A DNA stretch of 64,000 bases from assembly GCA_965209155.1 (NCBI GenBank), contig OZ242383.1, positions 2,496,001 to 2,560,000 on the forward strand, given 5' to 3'. The notes under the pieces were generated by a model. It saw only the letters and a program-made list of their open reading frames with translations, had not been told where the DNA came from and did not search any database. The position numbers and the translations under genes were made by a program. Source of the DNA: a bacterium (GTDB lineage Bacteria; SAR324; NAC60-12). This document shows, piece by piece, positions 44,255 to 54,963 of this stretch (positions within the stretch are counted from its first letter, which is position 1; each line of letters begins with the position of its first letter).

Positions 44255-44470
44255 ATGGCAAAAAAAATAAGAGATATTCTAGAATTATTAAAAGATGATG
44301 GATGGAAAGAAATTAAAGGAAGAAGAACAAGCCACATGCAATTTAAGCATCATACGAAGAAAGGGAAAGTAACTTTACCATTTCATGGAAAAAGTAAAAA
44401 TATTTCAGAAGGAACATATATAAGTATTCTAAAACAAGCATCAATAACAAGGAAACGTTGTGAAAAATAA
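44255..44470 (+). CDS. hicA: HicA-family toxin
   Basis: LKDDGW...SHMQFKH..KKGKVTLPFH...SILKQA. Confidence 0.88.
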   Translation: MAKKIRDILELLKDDGWKEIKGRRTSHMQFKHHTKKGKVTLPFHGKSKNISEGTYISILKQASITRKRCEK

Positions 44471-44747
44471 AAATAAAATAAGAATTTTTATTGACAAAGT
44501 TGACAATAATTTTTCAGCATATTCTCCTGACGTTCTTGGATGTATCAGTGTGGGAGTAACGAAACAAGAAACACTTAACAACATGAAAGAAGCTTTGCAA
44601 CTTCATATCAGTGGCAGTTTGCTTGATGGAATGCCTTTAAATGAAATTGTCAAATGGGATGAAAATTTTGAACGTGAAATTAAATCTAAAAAAAGAGATC
44701 ACCCCAATTATACATTCATTCCCTCTATAAAATTAGTACCCGTTTAG
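44460..44747 (+). CDS. hicB: HicB-family antitoxin
   Basis: FSAYSPDVLGCISVGVTKQETLNNMKEALQLHI; overlaps hicA. Confidence 0.88.
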   Translation: MKNKNKIRIFIDKVDNNFSAYSPDVLGCISVGVTKQETLNNMKEALQLHISGSLLDGMPLNEIVKWDENFEREIKSKKRDHPNYTFIPSIKLVPV

Positions 44748-45054
44748 ATTTTTATCTTATCCAGCCCATGTTACGGGTACGGAACATTCAGAAGATCGAT
44801 TTTATTCCCGAAGCTCTTCAGATCCACGAGAAGGCGCAGAAGCACAAAGGCACAAAATTTTTTTATTTTGGCTCTCCTTTTTTCTGATGCGGTTCCCGGG
44901 CATTCGTTCAATCTCCCGTGTCTTTTTCACTTGGTTTTTCAAAGTCATGATTGGAAACAAATCCTGGATGGGACTCCATCTCCATTCGCAAAACCTCTCC
45001 ACTCATCGAATCAAGCAATAACTCCCTCTCAAAATAACCATACCGCAGTTACCT

Positions 45055-45229
45055 TAGTGATCAGTTGTCAGTGATCAGTGATCAGTTCCCTCACCCCACT
45101 CCCCTCTTCCTTTATGCCTTGGCGCTTTGGCGCCAGTTATCAGTTATCAGTTCCTTCACAAGTCTCCTTCAGTGCCTCTGCGCCTTCCCGGAAAAATGTC
45201 ATTCCTGGCCCAGACCTGGAATCCAGGGT
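45055..45229. repeat. Heptamer/linker array and REP downstream of the GIY-YIG gene
   Basis: Reverse complement of the 8650-8750 type unit. Confidence 0.8.
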
Positions 45230-45231
45230 TC

Positions 45232-45516
45232 CTAAAAGGATTCATATAAATCTTTCCATTGAGGATTGTTTTTCTCAATGAGTTCGATTTTCCAAGCTCG
45301 TTTCCATTTCTTAAGTTGTTTTTCTCTTTGAAGCGCAGAAGTGATCTCTGAAGTGGTCTCATAGTATACCAATCGATGCACTTGGTACTTGTTGGTAAAT
45401 CCTTCTGTAAAATTGTTTTTGTGTTCATAAACTCTTTTATTGAGATCATGGGTCACTCCAATATAGAGAGTGCCATTTCTTTTATTGGCTAAGATATAAA
45501 CTTAGTAGGATTTCAT
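45232..45516 (-). pseudogene. Small GIY-YIG nuclease with an in-frame TAA at codon 5
   Basis: MKSY*VYILANKRNGTLYIGVT..L..RVYEHK...REKQLKKWKRAWKIELIE..NPQWKDL. Confidence 0.88.
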
Positions 45517-45527
45517 GATAACGACTC

Positions 45528-45845
45528 CTGGATTCCTGGTCTGGGCCAGGAATGACATAACGAGGGCGACTCCGCGAATCAACGCAAGGACAACAGCGCG
45601 AATCGACGGAGGGAAGCGATACGGACACTGGATTCCTGGTCTGGGCCAGGAATGACACGGCGAGGATCTCAGCCAGGAAGGACAAGACGAGGGCAACTCC
45701 CGCAAGGACAACAGCGCGAATCGACGGAGGGACTACACTGACAATATCCGCAAAGGAAGCGTAAACAACCCTGGATTCCTGGTCTGGGCCAGGAATGACA
45801 CGGCGAGGGTCTACGCCTGGAAGGACAACAGCGCGAATCGACGGA
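45528..45845. repeat. REP cluster upstream of the GIY-YIG gene
   Basis: Three TGGATTCCTGGTCTGGGCCAGGAATGAC units with GGACAACAGCGCGAATCG spacers. Confidence 0.85.
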
Positions 45846-45915
45846 AGGAGCGCGCTGCGAATATCCAGTCCCAATGCGTACCGTTCCAAAGAAGAATGGA
45901 ATCCTTGACCCCCTT

Positions 45916-46146
45916 TTAAACTCCGCCTGGAAAGTATTTGATGAATGCGGATGCAGCAATCAAGCCCAAGAGAATCGTCCCGATGATCCACCGGTTGTTC
46001 GCAATATTATGATGAATCAGCTTCTCGAGGTTGTCGATTCTGACATTGACTGTATCAAACTTCGCATTCACTACTTTTTCAAAAGATTCCAAGTCCCGTT
46101 TGGTGGCAAAGGCTTCTAAATCTTTTTTTGTAATGGTTGTTTCCAT
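45916..46146 (-). CDS. Small coiled-coil protein with a C-terminal TM helix (DUF1640/Bdr-like)
   Basis: TKKDL/ATKRDL repeats, WIIGTILLG tail, GAGGAGG SD. Confidence 0.6.
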   Translation of the reverse strand: METTITKKDLEAFATKRDLESFEKVVNAKFDTVNVRIDNLEKLIHHNIANNRWIIGTILLGLIAASAFIKYFPGGV

Positions 46147-46663
46147 GGTCCTCCTCGCCTATAAATGCCGCTATGCTTTTCATTTTACCTCTTTTTCTAC
46201 AATTTATCCCATTTTTTGACTCAACAACAGGCCAGATTGAATAAATAGGATGCAGGAACAGAAGACGGGGTGATCGAATGACTGGAGGTATGATGGTTAT
46301 TCATATATGCGAGATCGAATCCTGTTTCAGTTTCCTTATTATTGGAAATTCTGATAGATCTTCAATTCTGTTTCAAACCTATCTCCTGTACTAAATTCAA
46401 TAGACAAGCTGGCAAATTGTGTACAAAATGCATTAAATATGTACAATTTTGTAAATCCAACTGCCAACCACTTTTTTTATTTTCTATCATGGGAGATAGA
46501 GAAGTTATTTTGAGTATACCTAAAGAGTATACTGTATTTTTTCACTCTCTTTTTCACAATTGCTGCAGTTACCATTTCCATTGTTTCAGTTTATCAATAT
46601 GGTTTTTTACTGAAACTATTTATTGAGGGAATTTGGTCTGCGTTGTTAATTACGTATTTTTAA

Positions 46664-47228
46664 ATTAATCTCATTAAACCACCAGCTCTGCTGGTGCGAA
46701 CCTAATAGGCTTTGCCGGTCAGACATGAGAAACGTATCCGTGTCCGTTAGCCGTGCTCGTGCTCGTGAACGGTCAGTGAATTCGACGGCACATTTTGGTT
46801 AACATAGAAACAATGCGATGAAGTAACTGTTTCCCTTCGTCAAATAAAGGAGGCTGGATGATCTTCAACACGTTTAAAACATCGAGAATAGCAGCGCATT
46901 CCATTGCGGAACCTCGGGCCAATGCATAGAATCGTTGCTTGTCAGGAAAGGAATTTTTTCCACAGCCTTCTGCGATATTGAGAGGAATCGACCATGAGGC
47001 CCTTTTCAGTTGGTCAACTAAGGCTGAGTATCCTTTTGGCAATGTTTCGATGACTTGGACAGATAAGGCTAAAAATTCGATGGAACATTGGTATACATCG
47101 AGTTTTTCATGATCTAACATGGCAGCCTTTTTCGTTCACGAGCACGAGCACGTCTTACGATGACGAACACGTTTTGCCTCCATACTGTGGGCCTCTTCAA
47201 GCCACCGGCTCTGCCGGTGGTGAAGACT
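46664..47228. mobile_element. Four-helix-bundle cassette, copy C (565 bp, complete)
   Basis: Same length and ends as copy B in an unrelated flanking context. Confidence 0.85.
46773..47120 (-). CDS. Four-helix-bundle protein (23S-IVS protein / Avd-like)
   Basis: 115 aa; three substitutions relative to copy B. Confidence 0.9.
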   Translation of the reverse strand: MLDHEKLDVYQCSIEFLALSVQVIETLPKGYSALVDQLKRASWSIPLNIAEGCGKNSFPDKQRFYALARGSAMECAAILDVLNVLKIIQPPLFDEGKQLLHRIVSMLTKMCRRIH

Positions 47229-47369
47229 GATGCTGGAAGCAGATCGAAATTATTTACAAAAACTTTACACTCCCTTGACCCTCAAAAAACATTGGATTGT
47301 TTATACTGGCCTCAGTGGATGTCGAAGGTCGACGTCCGGTTTATCAATCCTGTTTGAAATGAGGAAACT

Positions 47370-47810
47370 ATGAAAAAAATGATTGTTGGAAGTTTGATTG
47401 GTGTCAGTTTGTTGGTAGGAGCCGTGGTGGCTGCGCATTCCATCGAAGGCTACCTGGACCGGTTGCAAGAGCGACTGGAACTCAGTGATGAGCAGGTGGA
47501 CAGTTTGCGCAAGATATTTGAAGAATCTGAAATGAAAGAAGAAGCGTTGCAAAAGGAGTTACGCGCGCTGCGTCAAGAGACCCGCGATCAATTCGAAGCG
47601 GTGCTCAGTGAAGAGCAAATGGAGCAGTTGAAAGAAATGCGCAATGATCGTTGGAAAGGGAAAGGAAGACACCATCGAGGTGGCAAACGCGGTCATCACT
47701 GGGGCTTTTCCAAGGACGAAGATCAAAGTTCCATGTCAGAGTTCTTTGAACACCGGGCTTTTTCGCGATTTTTTGACACGGATTCCAATTCTTCGCAGAC
47801 GGATATCTGA
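47370..47810 (+). CDS. Exported helical protein, Spy/CpxP-like
   Basis: Signal peptide, LELSDEQ and VLSEEQ (LTxxQ-like) motifs, His/Gly-rich tail. Confidence 0.6.
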   Translation: MKKMIVGSLIGVSLLVGAVVAAHSIEGYLDRLQERLELSDEQVDSLRKIFEESEMKEEALQKELRALRQETRDQFEAVLSEEQMEQLKEMRNDRWKGKGRHHRGGKRGHHWGFSKDEDQSSMSEFFEHRAFSRFFDTDSNSSQTDI

Positions 47811-47967
47811 TCATTCTTTGTCAAGAAGTAACACACCTCTCCGCGTGGCGGGCCTGGGTTTTCATGGCTCTCTCCAATAACCCTCCGCGTGGAGCTTTTA
47901 AAAAGCGGAGAATATCGTCAACCTGGCAGCATCCTCGGTCTTTTGATGGCGATCGTCCAGTCGCACC

Positions 47968-50781
47968 CTAGAACTGCATTCCGAGGTGGAGGCTGGCGGA
48001 ATAGCCTCTGTCATTCGAACCCAATCCGGAGGCGGAAACTTCTCCGCCCAGCGACCAACGTTTCCAGCGGTAAACTGCGCCCAGGTCCAGCATTCCCCGG
48101 GTCCAGGGAGCTTTCGAGACGAGACGCTCCCTCGAGACGTCCGCCACCGTCTCCGTATCCCCAAGCACCTGTTCCACGCCTAGCCGGCCGTGCAGGATAA
48201 GTTGCGGTTTGCTGCCGTCCAAAGAATGCGCGTATTCCGTGACGATGCCGAGACCCACGATGGACCGCGCCGATTTGAGGAGTGAGACCCGCGACCCGAC
48301 CACGTCCCGGAAGCCGTCCATCGAAACGTCCGAGTAAGTTGACCACGCCCGGGGCGTCAAAGACAGGTTGTCCACGAACGAGAAACGCCGGCCCGCCTCG
48401 ACTCCGAAGGAACGGACCATCGCGTCTGCACCCTCTACCAGGATACCCCGGCCGTCTGCACTCAAATCAGTCTCGTAGCGGGTCATCGAAATGAGCCCGT
48501 TCGTATAGTAGCCGTTGGCATTTTGCCAGGAGAGTCCGAAAGAGGCGCCGTAACCCGTGGCCTCGATCTTTCCGCCTCTCGTCGGTGCGGAGACGTCTGC
48601 CGAGCCCCGTGTATGACGAAGCGAGGCCCAACCGCTCACGTTCTCTTCCCGGGAAACAGCAAACTCCACACCCGCCTCGGCCTCGAAGCGTCCGAAAGCG
48701 TAAGCCGCGCCGACAAGTGAGTGATCCGGAGTATAGGAACCCTGACCGCCCGAAATCCTGAACCACGTGGGCGAGTTATGCCCGTGCAAGCGATTCCCGA
48801 CTACCTCCCGGTTGTCCAGCCGCAGCATGAAACCGGGCAGCGCCTCGTAGACCGCCGCCCGTGGCCTGTATGAGGAGGTCAGGAAATCCGCCGGCAGGAA
48901 TGCTCGTCCCGCGACGGTCTCCGAAGCCGTGAGAGATACGTCGCGCGCGCCGTTCGGCGCCCATGCGCCCGTCGCACCCGTCGTGCCGTCGTGCAGGAGC
49001 ACCCCGTTGACTACGACCGTGGTCCGGCCGTCGTCGTTCCTGATTTCACCCATGATCGCATCGCTCGCCCTGCGGCCGTCCAACTGCGCTTCGACGTGTA
49101 ACGCAGCTCCTTCTGCCTCAGCTCGTATGGCGACGCCCGAGTCCGCGCCGACGCTACCCTGGGGGCCAATCTCAACCCGACCGCCGCCGTAAAGGCGGAC
49201 TCCTGCCCCCACACCCGTGCCACCCCACACGCGTCCATTCACAAAGACATCCTGAGCGGCTGCATCCCGGCGCGTGTTGTCGCCCGGGTTCACTACGACG
49301 TCCCGCAGGGCCGGGGCCTGGACCGGCTCCGTCCTGTCCTCGAATAACCGACCGGTGAGGCCAACCAGGATGCCGGAACTGTCCTCGCCCTTCGCGATGA
49401 TTGTTCCGCCGTCGACACGAATGCCAATGCGGCCATCACCCGTGAAGTTGAACGCCCGGATGCCCGCAACGGTTTCTCCCGTGGCCAGGACCGTCGAATC
49501 GCGAACGTCAATGCGGATGTCGCCGGTGCCGTCGAAGCGTTGGCCTCCGCCAATGCCCACGGAACGGTTGCCTTCGACCTCGATGTCAACGTTACGCGCA
49601 GCGATGTCGATGTCGCCTTTACTGTCATGGATGAAGGACATTCCGCCGGAATCCGCTCCTTTCACCACGATACCAGAGTCTCGCACGTCGACGTGAATGT
49701 CGCCTTCTTCTGCCCAGTATCCCGCCCAAATGCCATCAAGATACCTCCCACCCTTCTCGTTGCTGTCCATGTGGTAGATGCCGTGGATGTTGGAGACATC
49801 GATCTCGACGTCTCGCACGTCAAAGGAGAGGTCACCCCCTTCCCCATCTGTATAGAGAAAGGAAATACCACCTGAGAGCGGGGCTTGGGTCTTGACGTCG
49901 ATGTTGCTGTTCCGCACGGCGATGCGGGTATTGCCTCTGCCAAGATGATAGCCAAAGATTCCGTCAATCGTACGGGCGCCGCTGACAGCTATGTTGACGT
50001 TTTGGACGTCGACGTCGACGTCTCCGGTGCTATCATGGCTAGCGAATATGCCAGTGGCCCAACGGGAATCGAGCTCGATCTCGGAGTCCTGCACAGAGAC
50101 CTTCAGGTCTCCCTTGACGAGTTGGGCTCCCAGGATGGCGGCCCATCCCCCTTCCAAATCGACGTCAACGTCACGGACGATGAGATCGTGGTCGCCGCTG
50201 AACTCGTCGTTTGCGTCATATTCGTTGCCTCGATAGCTGTGGATGGCGAAAGCTCTCAGCCAATCGCTCGTGATCAAGAAAGTGCCGCCCGCGATTTCCG
50301 TGCGCATCGCCCCCGACTTCCCGTAGTGGGCAACCGAAATCCCTCTCGCATTCGAGGTCACGTCGGCGGCAGAGAATAACGAGACGTCACCCGTATGCTC
50401 CCCATCCGTCTCGATCCTGACGGCGCTGTAAAGGGGATCTCCCTCTCCGGGAAAAACCAGTTGGTCGTCGTCGGGGTCGTCTCGGTCGTAGCGTACCGGC
50501 AGGCCATCGCTGAGATGGATGGTGAAATCGCCCCCGTGCGCCTTGCCAGGGTAGTACACGATGTTGCCATCCACAGCCGCATCGTAGTTCGAGGGTGAGC
50601 AGACAACCGGCGTCCCTGCTTCGGGTGGACCGCATTCGTTTTCTGCCCGCACCTCGCCCGCGATGCCGAGCGCGACGGACAATACGATGAAGGCGATGCC
50701 GGGTAAAATCCCGGCGTTCAAGTATTTTCTGTACATCAAATCCTCCCAACCGGGTTTCCCCGGAAAAGCGTTAATCAGCAT
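47968..50781 (-). CDS. Autotransporter (beta-helix passenger plus beta-barrel), intact paralog
   Basis: Signal peptide ending VRA, repetitive V/I-D-G-rich passenger, C-terminal barrel ending in F. Confidence 0.85.
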   Translation of the reverse strand: MLINAFPGKPGWEDLMYRKYLNAGILPGIAFIVLSVALGIAGEVRAENECGPPEAGTPVVCSPSNYDAAVDGNIVYYPGKAHGGDFTIHLSDGLPVRYDRDDPDDDQLVFPGEGDPLYSAVRIETDGEHTGDVSLFSAADVTSNARGISVAHYGKSGAMRTEIAGGTFLITSDWLRAFAIHSYRGNEYDANDEFSGDHDLIVRDVDVDLEGGWAAILGAQLVKGDLKVSVQDSEIELDSRWATGIFASHDSTGDVDVDVQNVNIAVSGARTIDGIFGYHLGRGNTRIAVRNSNIDVKTQAPLSGGISFLYTDGEGGDLSFDVRDVEIDVSNIHGIYHMDSNEKGGRYLDGIWAGYWAEEGDIHVDVRDSGIVVKGADSGGMSFIHDSKGDIDIAARNVDIEVEGNRSVGIGGGQRFDGTGDIRIDVRDSTVLATGETVAGIRAFNFTGDGRIGIRVDGGTIIAKGEDSSGILVGLTGRLFEDRTEPVQAPALRDVVVNPGDNTRRDAAAQDVFVNGRVWGGTGVGAGVRLYGGGRVEIGPQGSVGADSGVAIRAEAEGAALHVEAQLDGRRASDAIMGEIRNDDGRTTVVVNGVLLHDGTTGATGAWAPNGARDVSLTASETVAGRAFLPADFLTSSYRPRAAVYEALPGFMLRLDNREVVGNRLHGHNSPTWFRISGGQGSYTPDHSLVGAAYAFGRFEAEAGVEFAVSREENVSGWASLRHTRGSADVSAPTRGGKIEATGYGASFGLSWQNANGYYTNGLISMTRYETDLSADGRGILVEGADAMVRSFGVEAGRRFSFVDNLSLTPRAWSTYSDVSMDGFRDVVGSRVSLLKSARSIVGLGIVTEYAHSLDGSKPQLILHGRLGVEQVLGDTETVADVSRERLVSKAPWTRGMLDLGAVYRWKRWSLGGEVSASGLGSNDRGYSASLHLGMQF

Positions 50782-51009
50782 ATCCGTTTCCTTGGTGATT
50801 TCATCTCTTCAAAGCGCTCGAGACCAAAGCGATCTCTTGTGGAGCTTCGTAATGTGGATCAAATTCCAGATAATACCTTTGTCTTCAGCATTGATAATTC
50901 CTTACTATAAAGGTACAATCATCACGAAAAAGCGCTCATACGCATTTTCATCTTCCTGCAACATTCTTTCCAATTCACTCAAATCCGTTGCTGCATAAGC
51001 GCTGCCTGC

Positions 51010-51443
51010 TTGGTTAACATAGAAACAATGCGATGAAGTAACTGTTTCCCTTCGTCAAATAAAGGAGGCTGGATGATCTTCAACACGTTTAAAACATCGA
51101 GAATAGCAGCGCATTCCATTGCGGAACCTCGGGCAAATGCATAGAATCGTTGCTTGTCAGGAAAGGAATTATTTCCACAGCCTTCTGCGATATTGAGAGG
51201 AATCGACCATGAGGCCCTTTTCAGTTGGTCAACTAAGGCTGAGTATCCTTCTGGCAATGTTTCGATGACTTGGACAGATAACGCTAAAAATTCGATGGAA
51301 CATTGGTATACATCGAGTTTTTCATGATCTAACATGGCAGCCTTTTTCGTTCACGAGCACGAGCACGTCTTACGATGACGAACACGTTTTGCCCTCATAC
51401 TGGGGGCCTCTTCAAGCCACCGGCTCTGCCGGTGGTGATGACT
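51010..51443. mobile_element. Four-helix-bundle cassette, copy D (one end lost; ORF 50979-51335 reads into the flank)
   Basis: Identity to B/C stops at MLTK. Confidence 0.85.
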
Positions 51444-51476
51444 TTTTTTAATCCAGCATTATTTTTCATTTGGGGG

Positions 51477-51612
51477 TTGACATTACGCAAAAAAATGTAT
51501 ATTGCTAGAATCATGCCTTTATTTAGTTGTTTTAGTGAAAGAGAGGGTTCCCGATCGATGGAACCATATCGTGGGAGGACTTGAAAACGATCGGTCCTCT
51601 CCGGGAATCTTT
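51477..51612 (+). promoter_or_regulatory. TTGACA promoter and conserved leader module, copy 2
   Basis: Homologous to 1096-1222; GAGAGG..CCGATCG / CGATCGG..CCTCTC stem; MEPYRGRT* at 51558-51584. Confidence 0.5.
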
Positions 51613-51717
51613 TTTAAAGATATTTAACTGAACGGGTTTTTCAGAGACCTGAATAGTAACGAAAATTGTTTGCAATTCTTACCAATGAATTTAGTCTGAT
51701 TTGCAAAGTAGGAGCGC

Positions 51718-52131
51718 ATGATCGAAGAAGGTAAATATGGAGTATTTATATCCCATGGGAGTGCAGACACTTGGATTGCCAAACAGATAGCACGTTGTAT
51801 TGAAGACTGTGATGCCTCTACTTTTTTAGATGAAGCGGATACTACCAAAGGGGATAACTTAAAGGAAATCATTCATAGAGAACTTCTTAACAGTAGGGAA
51901 TTAATCGCTCTGTTTACTCCTTGGTCAGTTAAAAGATCCTGGGTTTGGCTTGAAATTGGTGCAGCATGGGTACAGAGAAAACGCATTGTTGTGGCGCTTC
52001 ATGGACTGAACCTGACCGAATTAGAAGGTGGTAAAGCAATTTTAGAAGATATTAATGTCCTTGAACTCAACGATTTTGATAGATACATTGGGGAGTTGAA
52101 GGAAAGAATAAAGAAGGAGCAAAATGCATAA
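51718..52131 (+). CDS. Stand-alone TIR-domain protein
   Basis: VFISH..AD, FLDE...GD, SWVWLEIGAAW (catalytic Glu position). Confidence 0.88.
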   Translation: MIEEGKYGVFISHGSADTWIAKQIARCIEDCDASTFLDEADTTKGDNLKEIIHRELLNSRELIALFTPWSVKRSWVWLEIGAAWVQRKRIVVALHGLNLTELEGGKAILEDINVLELNDFDRYIGELKERIKKEQNA

Positions 52132-53161
52132 AGTATTTTTATCTTACAGTTATCAGGATGCTGGTTTTGCCGTTCAACTTCAAAAAGCCTTAGGAGAAAA
52201 TTCAGTAAAAGGCTTTTTAGACAAAAACGATCTCGCCATTGGATCCGTACTGAGTAATAGGATTCGTGAAGAAATTAAAAAAGCGAGTGCCGTTGTGGTA
52301 CTTTTATCAGAAGCTTCGAGCAAAAATGCTCATATTCTTTTTGAAGTGGGAGCAGCGGAAGGATTAAGGAAAAAGATCATTCCTATCATTCTGCCCGGGA
52401 TGGAAATGCAGGCATTGCCTGAGGTCTTTCATAATATTCAGGAACTCGATGCACGAGAAAAATCGATGCAAGAGATTGCCCAGGAACTGAAAACCTCCTT
52501 GTCACACCCAATCAACAATTTTTTATATCAAATTAATGGAGAGGATGAAATGATGTCCCCTCAAGAGAAAGTGGCTAAAAGACTAAGTGATTACGCGAAA
52601 CATTTGAGTATCTCACCCGAAGCTGTCGTATCTCTTAAGTTTCGACCCGTGAAACAAGGAGACCAATACACAGACTCATTCGGATTCAGTGACGCCAACG
52701 CTTTCATGTACCAATCCGAATACGAGGCTGTCAAAAACACCATGATATTAACTGCACCCGAGTCAAAACTAATTAAGGCAATTGATCCTACCATCCATCA
52801 CCCTCATCCTTGGTCTGGACAGAGCATTTGGAAGATAAACGACAGTGACATGCTATGGGTCCAACATGAGACGGGATTGGAAATCATTGGAGCTATTGCT
52901 GGTTTATTTACGATTCTGACAGGAATAGCCATGATAGCGGAAGGGATTCACTGCAAAATCAAGAGTAACAAGAAAGATGAGAAGAGTGATCGTTACCACG
53001 AAGCCAGAGAACTGCGTATTGAATACCGTCGTGTCGGTAAAAATGATGTGTTGGAGGAGTCTCTGGTCATAAGGGAATCTGTTAATAGACCGCTCCAGTC
53101 TGATGACATCGTAAATAAAATTCGAAATTTGCTTGAGGAACATCGGGAGACAGCATTTTGA
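52124..53161 (+). CDS. TIR-domain protein fused to an unknown C-terminal domain with one hydrophobic helix
   Basis: VFLSYSYQD, FLDK.DLAIG, ILFEVGAA, IIPII; IIGAIAGLFTILTGIAMIA. Confidence 0.85.
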   Translation: MHKVFLSYSYQDAGFAVQLQKALGENSVKGFLDKNDLAIGSVLSNRIREEIKKASAVVVLLSEASSKNAHILFEVGAAEGLRKKIIPIILPGMEMQALPEVFHNIQELDAREKSMQEIAQELKTSLSHPINNFLYQINGEDEMMSPQEKVAKRLSDYAKHLSISPEAVVSLKFRPVKQGDQYTDSFGFSDANAFMYQSEYEAVKNTMILTAPESKLIKAIDPTIHHPHPWSGQSIWKINDSDMLWVQHETGLEIIGAIAGLFTILTGIAMIAEGIHCKIKSNKKDEKSDRYHEARELRIEYRRVGKNDVLEESLVIRESVNRPLQSDDIVNKIRNLLEEHRETAF

Positions 53162-53326
53162 TGCTCATCCTCAATCAAATTTAGACCTGAGTTGAGCGAT
53201 AAGACTTGAAAAGAATCGCGCAATTCAGGGTTACATAAGAACAAGGGGAGGATCAAAGAAAGGGTGGGCCCAATGCGAAGAGATCCGGACCCGGTGGAAC
53301 CACCCTTTCAATGGGTATCTGTGCCT

Positions 53327-53980
53327 CTATTCTCGCCTTTGTGCCTTTGTGCCTCTCTTCCCTTTGCGCCTTCCCCCCTTGTGTCATTCCTGGCTTGACC
53401 AGGAATCCAGGGAATCAATGCCCCCTTTCCTGTCCCCGCCCCGGAATCCAGTATGCCTTCCCTCAGTGCCTTTGTGCCTTTGTGCCTTTGTGCCTTTGTG
53501 CCTTTGTGCCTTTGTGCCTCTGTGCCTTCCCTCAGTGCCTTTGTGCTAGTTATCGGTTATCAGTTATCGGTTATCAGTGATCAGTGGTCAATTCCTGCAC
53601 GCGTCTCCTCGTCTTCCTTTGTGCCTTTGTGCCTCTGTGCCTTCCCTCAGCGCCTTTGTGCTAGTTATCGGTTATCAGTTATCGGTTATCAGTGATCAGT
53701 GGTCAGTTAACGTTGGTTAGTGGTCAGTGATCGGTGGTCAGTTCCTGCACGCGTCTCCTCGTCTTCCTTTGTGCCTTTGTGCCTTCCCTCAGTGCCTTTG
53801 TGCCGTGGCGCTTTAGCGCCAGTTATCGGTTATCAGTGATCAGTTATCAGTTCCTTCACGAGTCTCCTTTGCACATTTGCGCCTCTCTTCCTTTGTGCCT
53901 TTGTGCCTTTGTGCCTTTGTGCCTTCCCTCAGTGCCTTTGTGCCTTTCTTCACGCCTTTGTGCCTTTGTGCCTCTCTTCC
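53327..53980. repeat. REP, octamer and heptamer composite arrays (reverse orientation)
   Basis: (TTTGTGCC)n, (CAGTTAT/CGGTTAT)n and CAGTTCCTTCACGAGTCTCCTT. Confidence 0.92.
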
Positions 53981-54195
53981 CGCCGAGGAGGTTCAGACGA
54001 TTCGAAATATCCAGAATGGATCGTTTCCAGTCCGTCCGAGTCCGCATGAATCCACTATTTTGCTACCAAACCGCTACCATCATTCAGTAACGGCGTTTGA
54101 CAACTCCCGATCTTCCTCTGTCGGATCTTCCGGGTCGACAGCCCTGCTCCGCGTAACCAGGCAAAAGAGGGTTCACGACGGGGGGCTCACCGATC

Positions 54196-54600
54196 ATTAA
54201 TCTCATTAAACCACCAGCTCTGCTGGTGCGAACCTAAGAGGCTTTGCCGGTCAGACATGAGAAACGTATCCGTGTCCGTTAGCCATGCTCGTGCTCGTGC
54301 TCGTGAACGGTCAGTGAATTCGACGGCACATTTTGGTTAACATAGAAACAATTCGATGAAGTAACGGTTTCCCTTCGTCAAATAAAGGAGGCTGGATGAT
54401 CTTCAACACGTTTAAAACATCGAGAATAGCAGCGCATTCCATAAAAATTCGATGGAACATTGGTATACATCGAGTTTTTCATGATCTAACATGGCAGCCT
54501 TTTTCGTTCACGAGCACGAGCACGTCTTACGATGACGAACACGTTTTGCCCTCATACTGGGGGCCTCTTCAAGCCACCGGCTCTGCCGGTGGTGATGACT
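54196..54600. mobile_element. Four-helix-bundle cassette, copy E (both ends intact, 166-bp internal deletion, one extra GTGCTC unit)
   Basis: CATTCCAT joined directly to AAAAATTCG; 405 bp. Confidence 0.85.
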
Positions 54601-54963
54601 TCCAGGTTCGTTTCAGTGTCTTCTCACTGCGAAGAGGTTGGAAACATAGTGGAAATGAGCAGGAAAATCCCTTTCGCAGAACCGGACGGGGACCTGGCGA
54701 CCATCCGCTTCCCAGCCGCAATCTTTCACAATCGCATCGATCCGGAAGACAAAACGGGGGAACGATGGAAGGTCGAGGAAATCGTTTCGACTTCAAGAAC
54801 AGTGGGTATTTTTCCAGGGATTCCAAAAAGTAGTCTTCCTCCATCGGACCTGGGGAAAGAAACAGGTCGAACCAGCTCGCAGGGCAGCCCCGCCGTCGAA
54901 TACGGATAAGTTCACGGAAGCGATGTTCTGGTTCGATCCGGGAAGGGATTTTGTGGAGTTTCC

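Noticed and set aside
38019..51443. Diversity-generating retroelement (RT plus Avd-like genes plus paralogous targets)
   Set aside because: The RT lies in a complete group II intron with domains V/VI; paralog differences I checked are not adenine-specific and no TR/VR pair was seen
54900..54960. tRNA-like GGTTCGATCC downstream of the integrase
   Set aside because: No cloverleaf or acceptor stem can be formed around it
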